Source: Rebecca billardiae RCC1528 (Eukaryota; Protista; Haptophyta). From it: 64,000 nucleotides of DNA. Under the pieces are notes generated by a model, which searched no databases, was not told the origin of the DNA, and saw only the letters and a list, made by a program, of their open reading frames with translations. Numbering within the stretch: position 1 is the first letter of the stretch; each line of letters begins with the position of its first letter. Location: assembly GCA_965240325.2 (NCBI GenBank), contig OZ251255.1, forward strand, positions 372,001 to 436,000, in the 5' to 3' direction. This document shows, piece after piece, positions 46,332-60,000 of this stretch. A program made the position numbers and the translations under genes.

Positions 46332-48211
46332 AATATATATATCGTCATTTATTCATTTATTCGTCGTAGTCGGCCTCGGCCACTGGCCGGTGAACGGGCG
46401 AAAGTGGGCATCATCCTGTGGCCGACGGGTTGGCCGACGCCCGTTGAGGCTTGATGATTCGCACACAGCTACTGACCACTTACTACCAGTTCATCCCATA
46501 TTGATGACCCGAGCGAGCCGCTCGCCGCGACCGCCCTTCCGCCCTTCTTCCGTGCCACTGCGTCCAGACGGGAGTGTCAAACGAGCGTTTATTGAACGGC
46601 ATTCCACGACGCGCAGATATTATATTATTGGACGAATATGGTCGTAGTAGTCGTGCTGAGACTCAAACCGCTGCAGCTAGAGGTGGTCGTTCAGGCAGTG
46701 CGGCGTCAGATCGGACTCGGATGCCGTGCTGGGACCGAGGGCGGGTATCACGCTATATGTCGAGTCGTAATATGGATGACGGTCGCGTCACCCGTGCGCC
46801 GGTCGGTAGGCTGCTACCCAGCGCACGTAGGCTCGTACGCTGCACCTCGAGCTCAAGATCCCTCCGATCCTCACAGTGCTGGGCTCTCGTCCGAGTGACC
46901 AGTTGACTGACTCGTCGGGCATGATTTGACGAGCGGAGGGTGTCCGGTGTGCTTGCACAGTAGTTGCACTAGCGCGTCGCGCCTGCGATCATCGACGCCA
47001 AGACAGGCGAAGAAGCGATACCACCACTCCCGCCAAGCGCCTGCCTGGCTTGCACGCGGTGCACACACCGCGTGCGGCGTGCCGCAAGGAAGGAGCTCGA
47101 CCAGTGCCTCAGCGTCACAGCGTGTCCTGGCAGTGTCCCGCGCGACTTGACTGACTGGCTGGTGGGCACTTAGTCAGCGTGATCGGTCATGCGAACGCGC
47201 GCAGAGTAACGAGCGCAGTATATACACTGTCTACAATCATCTTTGTCGGTCACCCACGTGCTTGAAGCGGCTGCCAAGGAGTGCAGCCGGGTGTCGCGGG
47301 CCAGTCGAGCGCCCAGCCAGCACGACGGCAGCTCGGCAGCGCCGCCGCGCGTTGCCATCGTGGAGGCGGTGAAGCTGGAGGGACTAGGCTGGCTCTGCTG
47401 TCGCAGGGAAGCTAGACCATTCCTGGATACTCTCAAGCCGTGTTCAACGCCCAGGCGCGCGTGGGCGGGCCGCAAAGCGCGCGCAGCGGCCGCCGCCACA
47501 TATCGTCTGCTTCCATACGAATAATAAGCAGATTGAGTAGCGTGCACTGCTACTTTAGTTTACGACTCGCCGCCGCCAATAACTAGTGACCATCGTCATT
47601 TCCCACACGCGACGAAGATTGGATGCCTCGCGCGCGAACAATGTCGTCCTGCTATTTGCAAATAGGGCAGAGGAGTCGGGGGGGATATGGTAAGGTACTT
47701 TAAAAGTGTGTAGTTGTGCGTAACTAGTGACCATCCCATCATTGCGTGATATTGCATGTCGTCATCATATTATTGAATAAGGCTCCCACATGCCGATATT
47801 GGGCGGGCATGATGCGCGCGCACTCACATCACGTACTGTCTTACAGCTCAGGCGCATCCGCAACCGCATGCATATTTAGTAGTCGTAGTAGAATAAGATT
47901 AAGAGACGACGCGCCGCCAGTCTGATCACCCGGAGCCCGTTATAAAGGGGAATTTTAAAACACTACGGCTCAGGCAGGCGACGAAGTAAAGGAGCGCATC
48001 GGCGTGCCTACTATTCGTGACGAATTCGTGATGACGGCGCGCGGCATGACATCACGTGCGGCGCGACCTTGACGGCACGACGTGATGCTAGCAAAATATC
48101 GCCGTCGACCAATCAAAACACACGGCGGCGCGGAGGTGTACGTCGTCCAGACTCCAGAAGTCGTCAACTAACGCCGCACTCTCCAGGCGGATCCCGTGAA
48201 GAGCCACCATC

Positions 48212-50522
48212 ATGAGGATCGGCGCCGCGGGGCGGGCGCTCCTCCTCCTTGCGAGTGGCACGCTGCCGCTCGCGACCGCCTCACGTGCCGCGACGTCTCC
48301 AGGCCATGCGGGGCATCCCCGCCCGACGAACCCGTCCACGGGCGGGATTGGTAATGCACTGCGGACGACGTGGTACGCGCGGACGGGGTGCGTTAGCGTG
48401 CGGCGCGCACGCACGCGGGTAGGGGTTTGGGGTAGTGCACTGATATGGAGCCGCGCCGATGCGCTTCTGCAGGCCCACGTGTGCGGTGGGCCCGCTCGTA
48501 TCCCGGGATGACAAACCCCCTGTGGTGCTGCGCCCGCTGGTCCTCGCCTGCGCCCGCTGCGCAGGCGCGGCCGCGCTCTTGCCAACTACGTCGGCAAGGA
48601 CGGCGAGGACTCCACCTACTCGATGGGATCGGGATCGGACGCATCTGGAGTGCTTACGAGCAACTTTGTCAGCGGGTCCGCTGGCGCCGACACCTTCATC
48701 GGAGGCGACGGCGGAGATGCGGCCTTCGGGAAAGATCTTGGCTACGCAGGTGGCGATGTCGTCAACGTTTTCATGGTGCGTGGGCAGATGCGACCTGAAG
48801 TCTCCGCAGCAGAAGTCGGTGCCCCTGCGCGCAGTCAGAGACTGGCAGGCGCATGCATGGTCTGCTTCTCGGAGTGCCCGCCAGCGCCGACTCACTACTA
48901 GTCACGGCCGTACGGACAGAGACGCGGACTGGCTGACAGCTGCTTGCCCGCAGATCAGCAGATGACACGCACCCGCTTGCCATCATCGGTTCACGCGCGC
49001 CACTGGCTGCGCACCAATGTGCGCGCACATTGCCGATTCCTGCGCGCGCGCCCCGTGCACACGCACACGTGTGCGCAGGGCTACGGTGGCGACGACACCT
49101 TTACTGGAGGCGTCTCGAGTGGCGATTCCGGTTGCGCCACGCTCAGCACGTCGAGGTGTTTTGCCTCAGGTACGGCCATCAACGTGTTCTTCGGAGGTGC
49201 AGGCGACGATTCGTTTGCGGCGGGAACTGCTTCTATGCTGGCGTTCTATCCGACCGCCTACACGTATAACTACTTCTATGGTGCGCGGCATACGCAGCAG
49301 GGCGTGCGCGCCAGCGGCACCATCGATCGGTCGTCGATCGGCCTGCCCACTCCCTGCCCACTGCCTGGCGTCATCCGCAGCGCCGAGCCCGGAGCAGCGC
49401 AGTGCACGGAGACAGCTGCTGCTTGCGCATCCGATGCGACCGCGCACGCGCCTGACCCTGCTGCCATCCGCGCACGCCCCGCGCACTGCCCAGGCTCATT
49501 TGGTGACGACGTCCTGACTGTGGACGGTGCGGGAGCGTACTCAAGGAACATCCTTGAAGGTGAGCGCACGCGCTGTTTTGACCGGGGAAGAAGAAGTGCT
49601 GCAGTGGGTGCTTTGATGCGCTATGCATGCACGCGCGCATTCGTTCGCGCCGCGTGCAGCCATCACTCGAATGAAGACCCGGTACACGCGCCTGCGCCTG
49701 CGCCTCCCCTACCCGGCGCGCAGGGGGCCCTGGCGAAGACATCTTCCGCGCAGATGGTGAAGGGCACATGGTAGCGGACGGAATTACTATCATCTGGGCG
49801 GACGATGGTTACTATGACAAGATCTACGCGAATGATGGTGTATATGACAAGATCTACGCGGACCCTGGGGACTACATCGACTCCGACGCGTATGACCAAG
49901 TCATCCTGTCGTACGCCTCGCCACCGCCGAGTCCGCCCTCGCCATCTCCGTCAGCACCGCCGCCAGCGCCACCGCCGCCAACTACTTGTGGCCTCGTGTG
50001 CTCCCTCACGGTGTGCGCGCGTGCTGCGCCCAGCCAAGTGCGCGCGCCCATGTGCTCTGGTGGCGTGAGATCCCCAGAGCTGTTCTGCTGCACCCCGCTA
50101 TCACGTGCATGCGCCCGCACCACTCGTCCGCGCATATGCTCAGCGGCTGCCCACGTACCCCACCGCTACGTCTGTCTGCCGCGCTGCCCACGCGGTCGAC
50201 CCGGCGCGCGCAGCGGGCAGCCGTTGGGCTGGTTGTGTACAAGGCTTGGATTTGCTTCCTCTTTGACGACTGCCCGACCGGCGCGCGCGCGTTCAAGCCC
50301 ACTTCCCGCTTCCTCGCGCTGGCGCCAGACGACCAGGCCACCCTGGACACGGTTGCACTGGTCGTCGCCGGCGCACTGGGCACCGCGCTCGTCATCGCCC
50401 TCGCCCTCGTCGCTGTTCGCCACCGCCGCCCGCCTGCTGCCGCCGTGGCCACTCCCAAGGACGCGGCTGTTCACGAGGACGCCACCACAGCTGCCGAGGA
50501 GTCTCGCCAGCCTGCCCACTGA
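48212..50522 (+). CDS. Type I membrane surface protein with RTX/hemolysin-type Ca-binding GGxGxD repeats and a Pro-rich stalk
   Basis: Signal peptide MRIGAAGRALLLLAS; GSAGADTF, GYGGDDTF, GGAGDDSF, GSFGDDVL, GGPGEDIF spread over exons; SPPPSPP stalk; TM VALVVAGALGTALVIALALVAV followed by RHRR. Confidence 0.8.
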
Positions 50523-51436
50523 TGTCTGATGCTGCGTGAAGCGTGATGGGCAGTAAGTTAGGCGAGTCAGGCCGTCGGCCTGCTTCGCCTCGCACTGGCC
50601 ACTGGGCACTGGCGTCAGATCCGGGAGCAGACGTCGAGACGCGAGACCAACGCGCCGCCCTCGGGCGGTCAGGGCGGCTGGGTCACGGGCCGCGTGCCCG
50701 CCGGCTATGCGCGGTCGCAGCAGACAGACCTAGCGCAGTGCTGCAGTGCGGTGCACGACACGACGATTAATAGTGATCCTGCCGAGCTGGCCGCTCCTGA
50801 CGACCCCGCGCGAGATAGGCATCATATATATATATATATATAAGCAGCTAGCTAGCATATACAGCATACATCGTCAGCTATTATTATTATATTATATATA
50901 TATTGATTGTCGTTCATCACGACCGGCCTATATATGTATAGCTAGCTAGCAGACCATAGAGGGGTCAGAGCCCCACTGGGCGGGGGTGCGTGGCCCAAAA
51001 TCCACACAGTGAACAAAAACGGGATTATCGTTAGGGAAAACCCCGGAAGTCCGACGAGGACCGACCGAGCAACCAGAACTCCGACAAACCTCCGCATCTC
51101 AGCACGGCGATTTCCGGACTGGCACCCCCGCCAGTTTTCCGACGGCCAGAAGCTTCGGGAGCGAGCAAATGGCGCCGCTCGCCCGCAACGCGGAAGATAC
51201 CGCTCGCGGCGAACCGGCGCGAACGCCCGCCTTGTATTCGGGCGGAGTACCCTAATGAGCGGGGGTGGGTACTTTCGTATTGCGCGCAGCCTGACGCCCA
51301 CCCGCGACGAAACGACGCCGTCGACTCCTCCCGCCCGGACCGCCGCCGGAACGTTGCTCGTCAATTAGTTAGAGAAATGCGACGCCGGGGGGCGCGCCGC
51401 AAAACTTGCTCCCGAGCTCGCCACGAGGGACGATCG

Positions 51437-54400
51437 ATGCCTCGCACGACGTTAAGGGGGTACGCCTGCCACGCGCGCGGGCGTCGTGCGCGCGCCGCGT
51501 GGTCGCGCGCGGCGCATCGCGCGCGCGTGTGTCTTCGTTCGCGCGCGCGGCGTGCGCTCGCGCATGTCGTCACGCCGTGCGTTCTGCGTCGTTGCGCGGC
51601 GTCGTGCCCGCGTGCCGCGCGCAGGCCGCCGCCGCCTGCGGGGACGACTCCGACTGCGACGAGCTTCGCGAACGGGGCTGCTGTGGACGTGGTGTACGAG
51701 CAGGGTGCACCGGCAGTCCGTGCTGTGGTCGCGGCGCTTGGGGTCGGCGCACACGGGCGAGTGCAGACGTACGTCCTCCGGGCTGCCGAGGGAGTGTCTG
51801 CTCATGCGTGGGCTGCGGTCCCTGGCGACACCGTCGGTGCGTCCGCGGATGGAACAGTCGAGGGCGCAGGCTCGTTGAAGAGGGTGCCAGCGGCGCACGT
51901 GCGTGCGCCGCCCGCCGGCGAGCAGTGCGCCGAGCAGGGGCAGGGCGCCGAGCAGGGCGCCTAGCAGGGCGCCCTGCTCGGCGCCCTGCTCGGCGCCGAG
52001 CCGGGCGCCGAGCAGGGCAAGCAGGCCGCCGAGCAGGGCGCCGAGCCGGGCGCCGAGCCGGGCGCCGAGCAGGGCGCCGAGCAGGGCGCCCAGCCGGGCG
52101 CCGGGCAGGGCGCCGGGCAGGGCAAGCAGGCCGCCGAGCAGGCCGCCGAGCCGGGCGCCGAGCAGGGCGCCGAGCAGGGCAAGCAGGGCGCCCAGCCGGG
52201 CGCCGGGCCGGGCGCCGAGCCGGGCGCCGAGCAGGGCAAGCAGGCCGCCGAGCAGGGCGCCGAGCCGGGCGCCGAGCAGGGCGCCGAGCAGGGCGCCCAG
52301 CCGGGCGCCGGGCAGGGCGCCGGGCCGGGCGCCGGGCCGGGCGCCGAGCAGGGCAAGCAGGGCGCCGAGCAGGGCGCCGAGCAGGGCGCCGAGCAGGGCG
52401 CCCAGCCGGGCGCCGGGCATGGCAAGCAGGCCGCCGAGCAGGGCACCGAGCCGGGCGCCGAGCAGGGCGCCGAGCAGGGCGCCCAGCCGGGCGCCGAGCA
52501 GGGCGCCGAGCAGGGCGCCGACGGCCGGCCGGCCCGCCACGGCAGCACGCGCGTGGGCGGCGGCAGCTACGCCGCCCAGGGCATCCAGCAGGAGGCTGCG
52601 GGGCAGCGCGGCGCGCAGGGGGCGGCTCACCACAACGGGCGCGGCGGCGTGCGGACGCGGGCCATGCGCCGCCAGCCGCCACGTGCGCCACCCGCCGAAG
52701 CGCTGCCCGGCGTCACCTCGGCGCCGACGGCGCCGCCGTCGGCGCCGACGGCGGTCGCAGGCGTCACGGCGGCGCCGGCGGCGCCGCCTGCGGCCGCCGG
52801 CGGCCCCGCGACAAGCGACGAACGCGCCGAGCCGCCACGCGCACCCGTCGCAACGCTGGCGCCGGCGCCGGCGCCGCCGCCGGCGCCGACGGCGGTCGCC
52901 GGCGTCACGGCGGCGCCGGCGGCGCCGCCTTCGGCCGCCGGCGGCCCCGCGACAAGCGACGAACGCGCCGAGCCGCCACGCGCACCCGTCGAAACGCTGG
53001 CGGGTGCCACCGGCGTCACCGCGGCGGCGCCGGCGCCGCCGCCTGCGGCCGCCGGCGGCCCCGCGACGCGCGCCGAACGCGCCGAGCCGCCACGCGCACC
53101 CGCCGAGGCGCCGGCGGCTGCCACCGGCGTCACCGCGGCGGCGCCGGCGCCGCCGTCGCCGGCTGCGGCCGCCGACGGCCCCGCGGGCGTCAACTCAGAT
53201 GACTCCGGTGGTGCTGCCTCGGGCGAGGTGGCACGGGCGGCGACGGCGTCGACCGCGACGCGCGCCGAACGCGCCGAGCCGCCACGCGCACCCGCCGAGG
53301 CGCCGGCGGCTGCCACCGGCGTCACCGCGGCGGCGCCGGCGCCGGCTGCGGCCGCCGACGGCCCCGCGGGCGTCAACTCAGATGACTCCGGTGGTGCTGC
53401 CTCGGGCGAGGTGGCACGGGCGGCGACGGCGTTGATGGGTGGAGCGGCGGCTGGCGCAGCGGGGTCGCACTCCCATGCACCACAGCAGGCGCCCGCCGCC
53501 GCGCAACCCGGCGGTGGCGGCCACGCGGACGACGGCGGCGGCGTCTACGGCAGCGGCGACGGCGGCTCACGCGAGCTGTTCGCGATGAGCGATGTCTTGC
53601 AGCACGTGGATCATTTCTTCAGCGGCATCTACGGGAAACGCCGGAGGTTCGGCGGAGACACGCCCGCCGCGCCGGCGCAGGCGCACGCGCACGTGCTGGT
53701 GCGCCCCAGCGCGGTGGCGGATGCGGACGCGCGGACGACGAAGCACGGGCCGCAACCGAACAACGGCCGATTGGTGCCGGCCATCCTCAGGTTCAACCGC
53801 GCGTTCGCGTCACGGCATCTCGGCGGCGGCGGCGGCACGGTCCGCGTGGTGAACGTGGTGTGCGATGCCACGAACAACAAGCACTTCGGCGTGCTCACGG
53901 ATGCCGACGCTGTGCGCGAGCTGTGCGCCTCGGGCGCCTTGTACACGCGCAGCGAGGTGGGCGATGCGGTGCGCGAGTTCTACGCCGGCGCCGCCGCGAG
54001 CGTCGGCGGCTCTGTCTCTGAGCTCGCCCTGCGCGCAGCAGGCGAGCACTTCGGTGTGCACGGCCCGTTGCCCTACGTCCTCGACGCGGACGTGCGAGTC
54101 GCCTTAGCGGACGCTGAGGCCGACGACGATGGCGTCGCAGGCGGCGACGCGCCCTGGGTTCACCGGGCGCTTGCGTTGCCCTCGATGCGGCGCTCGGGAC
54201 AGGCGGTGTTCGGCCTCCCCGCCGTGGTTGCACAGGCGCCCTCCTGGTGCGCGCTTGTGCCCACGCCGCTGCGGGCGCCCGCTGAGCAGGGGACGTCGCC
54301 TTTGCTGCACGCCGCCGTGGCCGTGGTGGACTACCGGTCCGTGGACACCGACGACACCGACGAGTCGGAGCCCGTCGTCGGCGCGCACGCGTACGCCATC

Positions 54401-56514
54401 CGCTTCGAGAAGGGCTGGCGCCTCCTCACCTTCGCCACGCGGCCGCCCAGTGGTGCGGCGGGCGCGATGACGGCTGCGACGTGCACGGACCTCACGGTCG
54501 ACGCCTTCGCCGCCGCCGTCAGCCGGCGTGAGGTTGCTGCGTGCGAGCTGCAGTCAGCGCCGCCGCGGGCCATTGCGCCCCCCGTCCAGCACGCCGCCCC
54601 CGCGCTCCACGACTCGCCGCCCAGCCCGGACGAGACGGACGCGTTGCCGCCCCGCCCGCGCCGGGACGTGGTCCCGACGTCCACGGACGTGCTCATGGGC
54701 GCCTCCGCGGTGTGCAGCGCGCTCGGCATCGGGCCATGCCATTGGGCGCCCGATGGCGACCCGCCCGGGCTCATGACGAACGCCGCGGCCATCGCGGAGG
54801 CGGCGCTCACGTACGTGCAGTCGAACTACGACGTGATTGGGGGCACGGCGGCGTCGGCGGACCTGCTGCACACGCTCCACCAGATCATGGTCGCCGGCCG
54901 CCCGCAGCGCTCGTTTGACAGGCCTCTCCCCCGGCCGGGCGGTGGGACGCGCGTGCGCGTCGCAGGCGTCGTCGGCGAGCTGCCCGTCCATGAACAAGAG
55001 CTGATGCTCGCCTCGAAGCACACGTGCGTCGCGGCGGCCATCGCGTGCGCCTCGGCGCTCGTGCTGCGCGTCAAGGCGGCACACCTGCGATACGACGCCC
55101 TCGCCGACGTCAGCGTGGGCGATGGTGCGTCCTTCGAGGCGGCGGACTACCTCACCAAGGTGCGCATCGTCAGCGCACGGCTCGTCGCGCCCGAGCGGAA
55201 GAAGCGGCTCACCTTCGAGCTCCTCGCCGTCTCCGAGGATAACGCCGGTGCTTACGACCGCGTGCTCAACGCCGACACGAGCTCGCGGGCACTCCACCGG
55301 GACGAGGTGCTCGAGTTCACCTACGTGCCTTCGAAGACGCGCTCGTGGAAGTCGACGGAGGCGCTGTCAACGCACAGCCGCGCGGCGGCCGGCGACGACG
55401 CCGACGCCGGCAACTTCGGCACGCTGTTCTTCGTCCCGCACATGCGCGACCCCGTGAAGGCAGCCGCCCTGGCGCGCCCGCCGCCTGCCGGGACGCCACC
55501 TGCCGCGCCGCCCGTGGGTGCGATTGTGGACTTTCGCCCCTTGTGCATCAGCGTGTGGGCTGACATCGTCCCGTTCTGCCAGGATCGGCTCTGGACGCAC
55601 CCGGCGGACCCAGTCACCGGCAAAAGCAGCGGCGTGGACGCGCCGAAGATGTACGCCGCCGCGCTCCACAGGCGCGCGCCCTCGCTGGCGCGGCACGTAC
55701 AGGCGGCGCCAGCGCGCAAGCGTCGCCTGAACGAACGCGGCGCCGACGCGGGCGGCGCGGGCGGCGCCGCCGGTGGGCGCGTGGTGGCGCGCCGGCCGGT
55801 CGGCGACCCGGGCCGCGTCGCCGTCACACGGCCATCCGCCGTCGCGCGCGCACCCGGGCCACCCGAACAGGCGACGCGCATGTGCACCGAGCTCGCTGCG
55901 GCCCACGCCCAGCTCGCTGAGATGGTGCACGGCATCCCCAACGCAATGGCACAAGCGATCGGACAACTCGCTGCGAACGACGCCAAGCGCCAGAAGGAGT
56001 ACGAGGCCTGGCGCGCGGCGGACGACGACCGGCGCCGGCAGGAGCGCGCGGCGGACGAGGCCTGGCGCCAGCAGGAGCGCGCGGAGGCGGCGCGCCGACG
56101 CGACGAGGATCGCGCGGCCGCAATGAAACGTGACGAGATCGCGAGCGCGATGGTGGCGTCTATGCAGGCGTTGACGCAGTTCATGATGGACCGCAGCGCA
56201 GGTGGCGCACAGCCCGGCCCGCACGCGTCGGCGCACGCGGCGTGCGTCCAGCTGCCAACAGGCGAAGCACCGCACGGCGCGCACGCCCCGGCTGCGGGCC
56301 CGTCGGTGAGCGCTGCGTCCGCTGCGCCCACGTCGCGCGCACCCACGGCACGGCGTGGCGCGCCGCCGCCGGTCGCATTCGGCCAGCGCGCGCGGCGCCG
56401 AGTGCCGCCCCCTGACTCGCGTGTGCCCGCCAGGCCGCTGCACTGTCGCTCCGTGCGCCGGCCGCGCAGGCCGACGAAGCCCCCGCGGGCCAGCCCCCGC
56501 CGGCCGCGCAGTAG
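51437..56514 (+). CDS. Accessory gene (~1600 aa): small beta-rich N-domain, EQGA repeats, Ala/Pro repeats, possible degenerate Ulp1-like folds, coiled coil; one in-frame TAG at 51962
   Basis: Predicted exons 51437-51459, 51625-56305, 56434-56514 (phase-compatible GT-AG introns, CTGAC branch point at ~56412); ORFs 51377-51964 and 52553-57070 share one frame. Confidence 0.65.
51920..52520 (+). repeat. 12-bp coding minisatellite (GAGCAGGGCGCC; EQGA/EPGA)
   Basis: ~50 variant units; two units inverted at ~51971-51996. Confidence 0.95.
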
Positions 56515-57066
56515 ACGCCGACCCACAAGGGCGCGTCCTGACGTGCCCACGCGCCGCCCACAGGTGCGCGCACACACCACATCGGGCGGCGCCAGCCGTG
56601 CGCACGCCGAGCGGCGTGTACGCGCAGCCCTGGCTCAGTCGCGCCCGACCGCCCCCGTGCGCGCGCGCGCGTCGCGGTGGCGTGCACAGGCTGCGCGCCA
56701 CCCGGGGCGGCCACGCGGGTGGCCGCCACCGCTGGCAGCATCTGGCCACGAGCTCGGCACCCGGGGTGCCGGCGGAGTGGCTCGTCGGAATCGCCGTGGC
56801 CTGAGCCCGGTTCTCCGAGCACACGGCCACAGGCACCCCCCCGGCCAGCGCCTCTGCGCCACTCGCAGTGACGGCGCCACAAGGGCCTACGGCGGGGCCC
56901 GCCGAGAAGGTCTTAGCGCAGGTCTTAGCGGCATGCAAGCAGCGCCACGCGCGACAACACTGATACACGCCGCCGGGGGCCCACACTGTGCCGGCCCGTG
57001 CTATGTCGTCGTCAGCTCGGACGCAGGCCGGCCGGCCGGTGCCGTGAGTCGGCGCCTGTCGTTCTG

Positions 57067-60000
57067 TTAGCTGGCACCTGGCGTGCTCAGGCGGCGTGGT
57101 GCGCACTCAACGTACCCCTGCAAGGGTGATGTAGCTCGCATGAAGTGCGCCAGACGCCCCTCGTTGTTGTCGCGCGCCGAACGCGCCTCCAGGGGCGCCG
57201 TCGCCGACACCACCGCGCCGAAGTGGCAACGGCCGTCGTACACCACGGCCATCCACGTCGTGCCCAACTGCGTGACGTCCAGACGCTGCAAGGCGCGCCG
57301 CGTGCGCTCGTCACGCAGGCGCAGGTGCGCATGCGTGCTCACTGCGACGCTGCCCTTGCGCCCGCCGTCGTCAGTCCGCCGCCAGCGAAGGCCCGGCCGC
57401 GTCTGCACGGGGTAGAACCAGACGTTGTCGGTGAACGCGCGCCACGCCGCCTCCTCCGGCGTAGCCCCGCCGCGCAGCTCAAGGACCACCAGCGGCAGGC
57501 CCGTGGCGCGCGCCGTCGCGACGTGCGAGCCCCACGCCGACCACGCACCAGCGCGCGCCGCATGCGCGCCAGCGCCGTCGCCCGTGTACCGGGCGCCGCG
57601 CGCGTACGCGCGCGCCGCTGCTCCCAGCGTCCGCACGCCTCCAGTATGTCGCAGTGGCAGTGGCAGCACCTCCTGCCAGTCCTCGTCCTGCACTTCGAGT
57701 CCTTGGCCGGTGCGGGCCCGGGGGATGGATGCTGGCTTGACGCCAAGCATGCCGAGCGCGCTTGCCGCCGACGCCGTGGCCGACGCCGTGCCGAGCGTCT
57801 CGCCCGGTCCGTGCTCGTCCTCCCACGACGCGATGTACGAGCACACGCCGTCGCGCAGCGTCTGCGCGCGCGCGTTGGCGGCGGGCAGGTCGGCCCGCAC
57901 GCCACGCGTGTCGTGCGCGAGCCACGCGTGAAAGTAGCAGTCGCCATCGCCGGGAACGTCCTGCACGCTCGTGCCGCCGCCGAAGAGCTCGCGGATGGCC
58001 GCGGCGACGTTGCCGTCGCCATCCACGCCGCCGGGTGCTCCGGTCTGTGCACCAGCCCGCGCCTCGGGCGGCAACGCCGGCGGCAGGGGCAGCACGGGGA
58101 AGCCCAGGCGCTCGAGCAGGACCGCGGCGTCGTCCACCGGCGCGTGCACGTGTGCGGCGGCCGCCGGAGCCACCGCAGCCGGCGCAGCCCCGTGCCCGGC
58201 GGGCGCCGGCGCCGCCGCACCCGCGTCCACGGTGGCGTCCGTCGCCGCCGCGGCGCGCGGCGCGGCTGCGCCGCGTGGCGCGGCATCACCCGCCGTCACG
58301 TCAGCGCGGCATCGCTCCGCCGTCACGTCAGCGGCGGTCTCGCCCAAGGCCAGGCGCAGCCCCAAGCCCACGTCGCACCGCCATGCCCCGTCGGAGCCGT
58401 CGAGAGGGACCACCTCGGTGCCGAACGCGCTCGGGTCCAGCGCATCCACCTCGCACCCGCGCCGCCTGGACGCCAGCCTCACGTGCGCGTCCGCAGCCGG
58501 CTGGAACGCACTCCAGCGCGACGCCGGCAACACCCCGTGCGCGCGCGGGGTGGCCTGCGGCGCAACCACTGCGTAGAACTGCCGGCGAGGACACACGTTG
58601 CGCACGATGGCCACCCAGCCGGTGCCCATCGCCCCGACGTCGAGCGTGCGCAGGACGCGTGCGTGCGTCTCGCGTCCCAGGCTCAGGCGCGCTTCGCACA
58701 GCGGACGTGCGTCCGCGTGCGCGGCGCCTGCGTCGGGCGTGTCGGCGCGCCGGCGCTTCGCGCCGGCGCCCCCGCGAGCGCGTGGCGCCGCCGGCGCCGG
58801 CGGCACGCGCACTGCCGTCGGAGGATACCACCGCACGTGCTCACGCATGGCGACGCCGTGCACGTCGCGAGCTCGGCGTGCGTAGGCCATGTCGAAGACG
58901 AGGAGGTGCACGCCGGCGGCGCGAGCGACTGCCGCGTACCACTCAGGGCCATCGCACGTGTTGCCCGGGCTGCTGACGTACCCGTCGCACGTGTACTCCG
59001 CCGCTCGCGCTGCCAGCGTCACTGCGTCGTCCAGATCGCGCACGCGCTGGCCGGGGCTGTGCCACGACGACGAGTCGTCGGGGGCCACCATGCGCAGAGC
59101 CCGCAAACGCGCCTGCCCAGCTTCGTCGCCACCTGCGCTCTCCGGGGGAAGTGCGCGCACGTCAGCGCCGCACAAGCCGATGAAGCGCGCCTGCGCTCGC
59201 AGGTCCTCTGCCGACTCGGCCGGGCCCAGCGCGCCACCCCAGCCGACGGAGTGCTCGGTGGGCGTGGCATGCGCGTGCGCGGCCAGCCACGACGCGGCCG
59301 CCGCGCGCAGGCGCCGCGCGCAGCACGCCCACCACAGGGCCTCAAGCGTGCTGGGCGGACGCGCCCGCGCGTGCGCGTGCGCGAGCACCGCGTGCAGCAC
59401 GTCGTCACCGTCGGCTGGCACGGGCAACGGCTGTGCGGCGCCCGCGCCCCAGAGGTCGTCGAGCACTGCCTGGGCGCAGCAGAGCCGTAATCGGGCGAAT
59501 TCGGCGTCGTGGTCGTCTGCGCCGGCGGCGGCGTCGGCGGCGTGGAACAGGCGCACCGGCGCGTGGCGGTCATCGCCCGCGGCGCGCGCTCCAGCGTCGC
59601 GCACCGGCAGACCAGTGCGCGCCAAGTGGGCGACCGCGTCGTCCGCGGTGGCGACGGCTGTGTCGTCCGCGGCACCAGACGTGCCACGCGCCGTCCCCAG
59701 CAGGTCGGCGCCTGCGCGCGTTGGGCCCGGCGTCGGCACCGACCGCGCCGCCGACGATGGCCCCGCCGTGGACGCGCGGGCGCCCGCCGCCTGGCGCGAA
59801 GCCGGCGGCAGGCGCCCATCCGCGGCCGCACCGCCCGCGTCGTCGGCGGCGGCCGCAGTCCGAGGGCGCTTGGGCGCGCACGGCGCAGACGCGGCCCCCG
59901 CGCCCGCGCGGGAGGTGCCAGCCGCGGCGCCCGCCTGGCCTGCGGCGCCTGCGCCCGCGCCGCCGCCGCCAGCCAGGACGTCCGCCAGGCCCGCCGCCGC

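Noticed and set aside
57067-57070. Overlapping stop codons of the two convergent MULE ORFs
   Set aside because: The plus-strand tail after ~56305 looks intronic/UTR; a phase-compatible intron gives a stop at 56514, so the overlap is probably chance.
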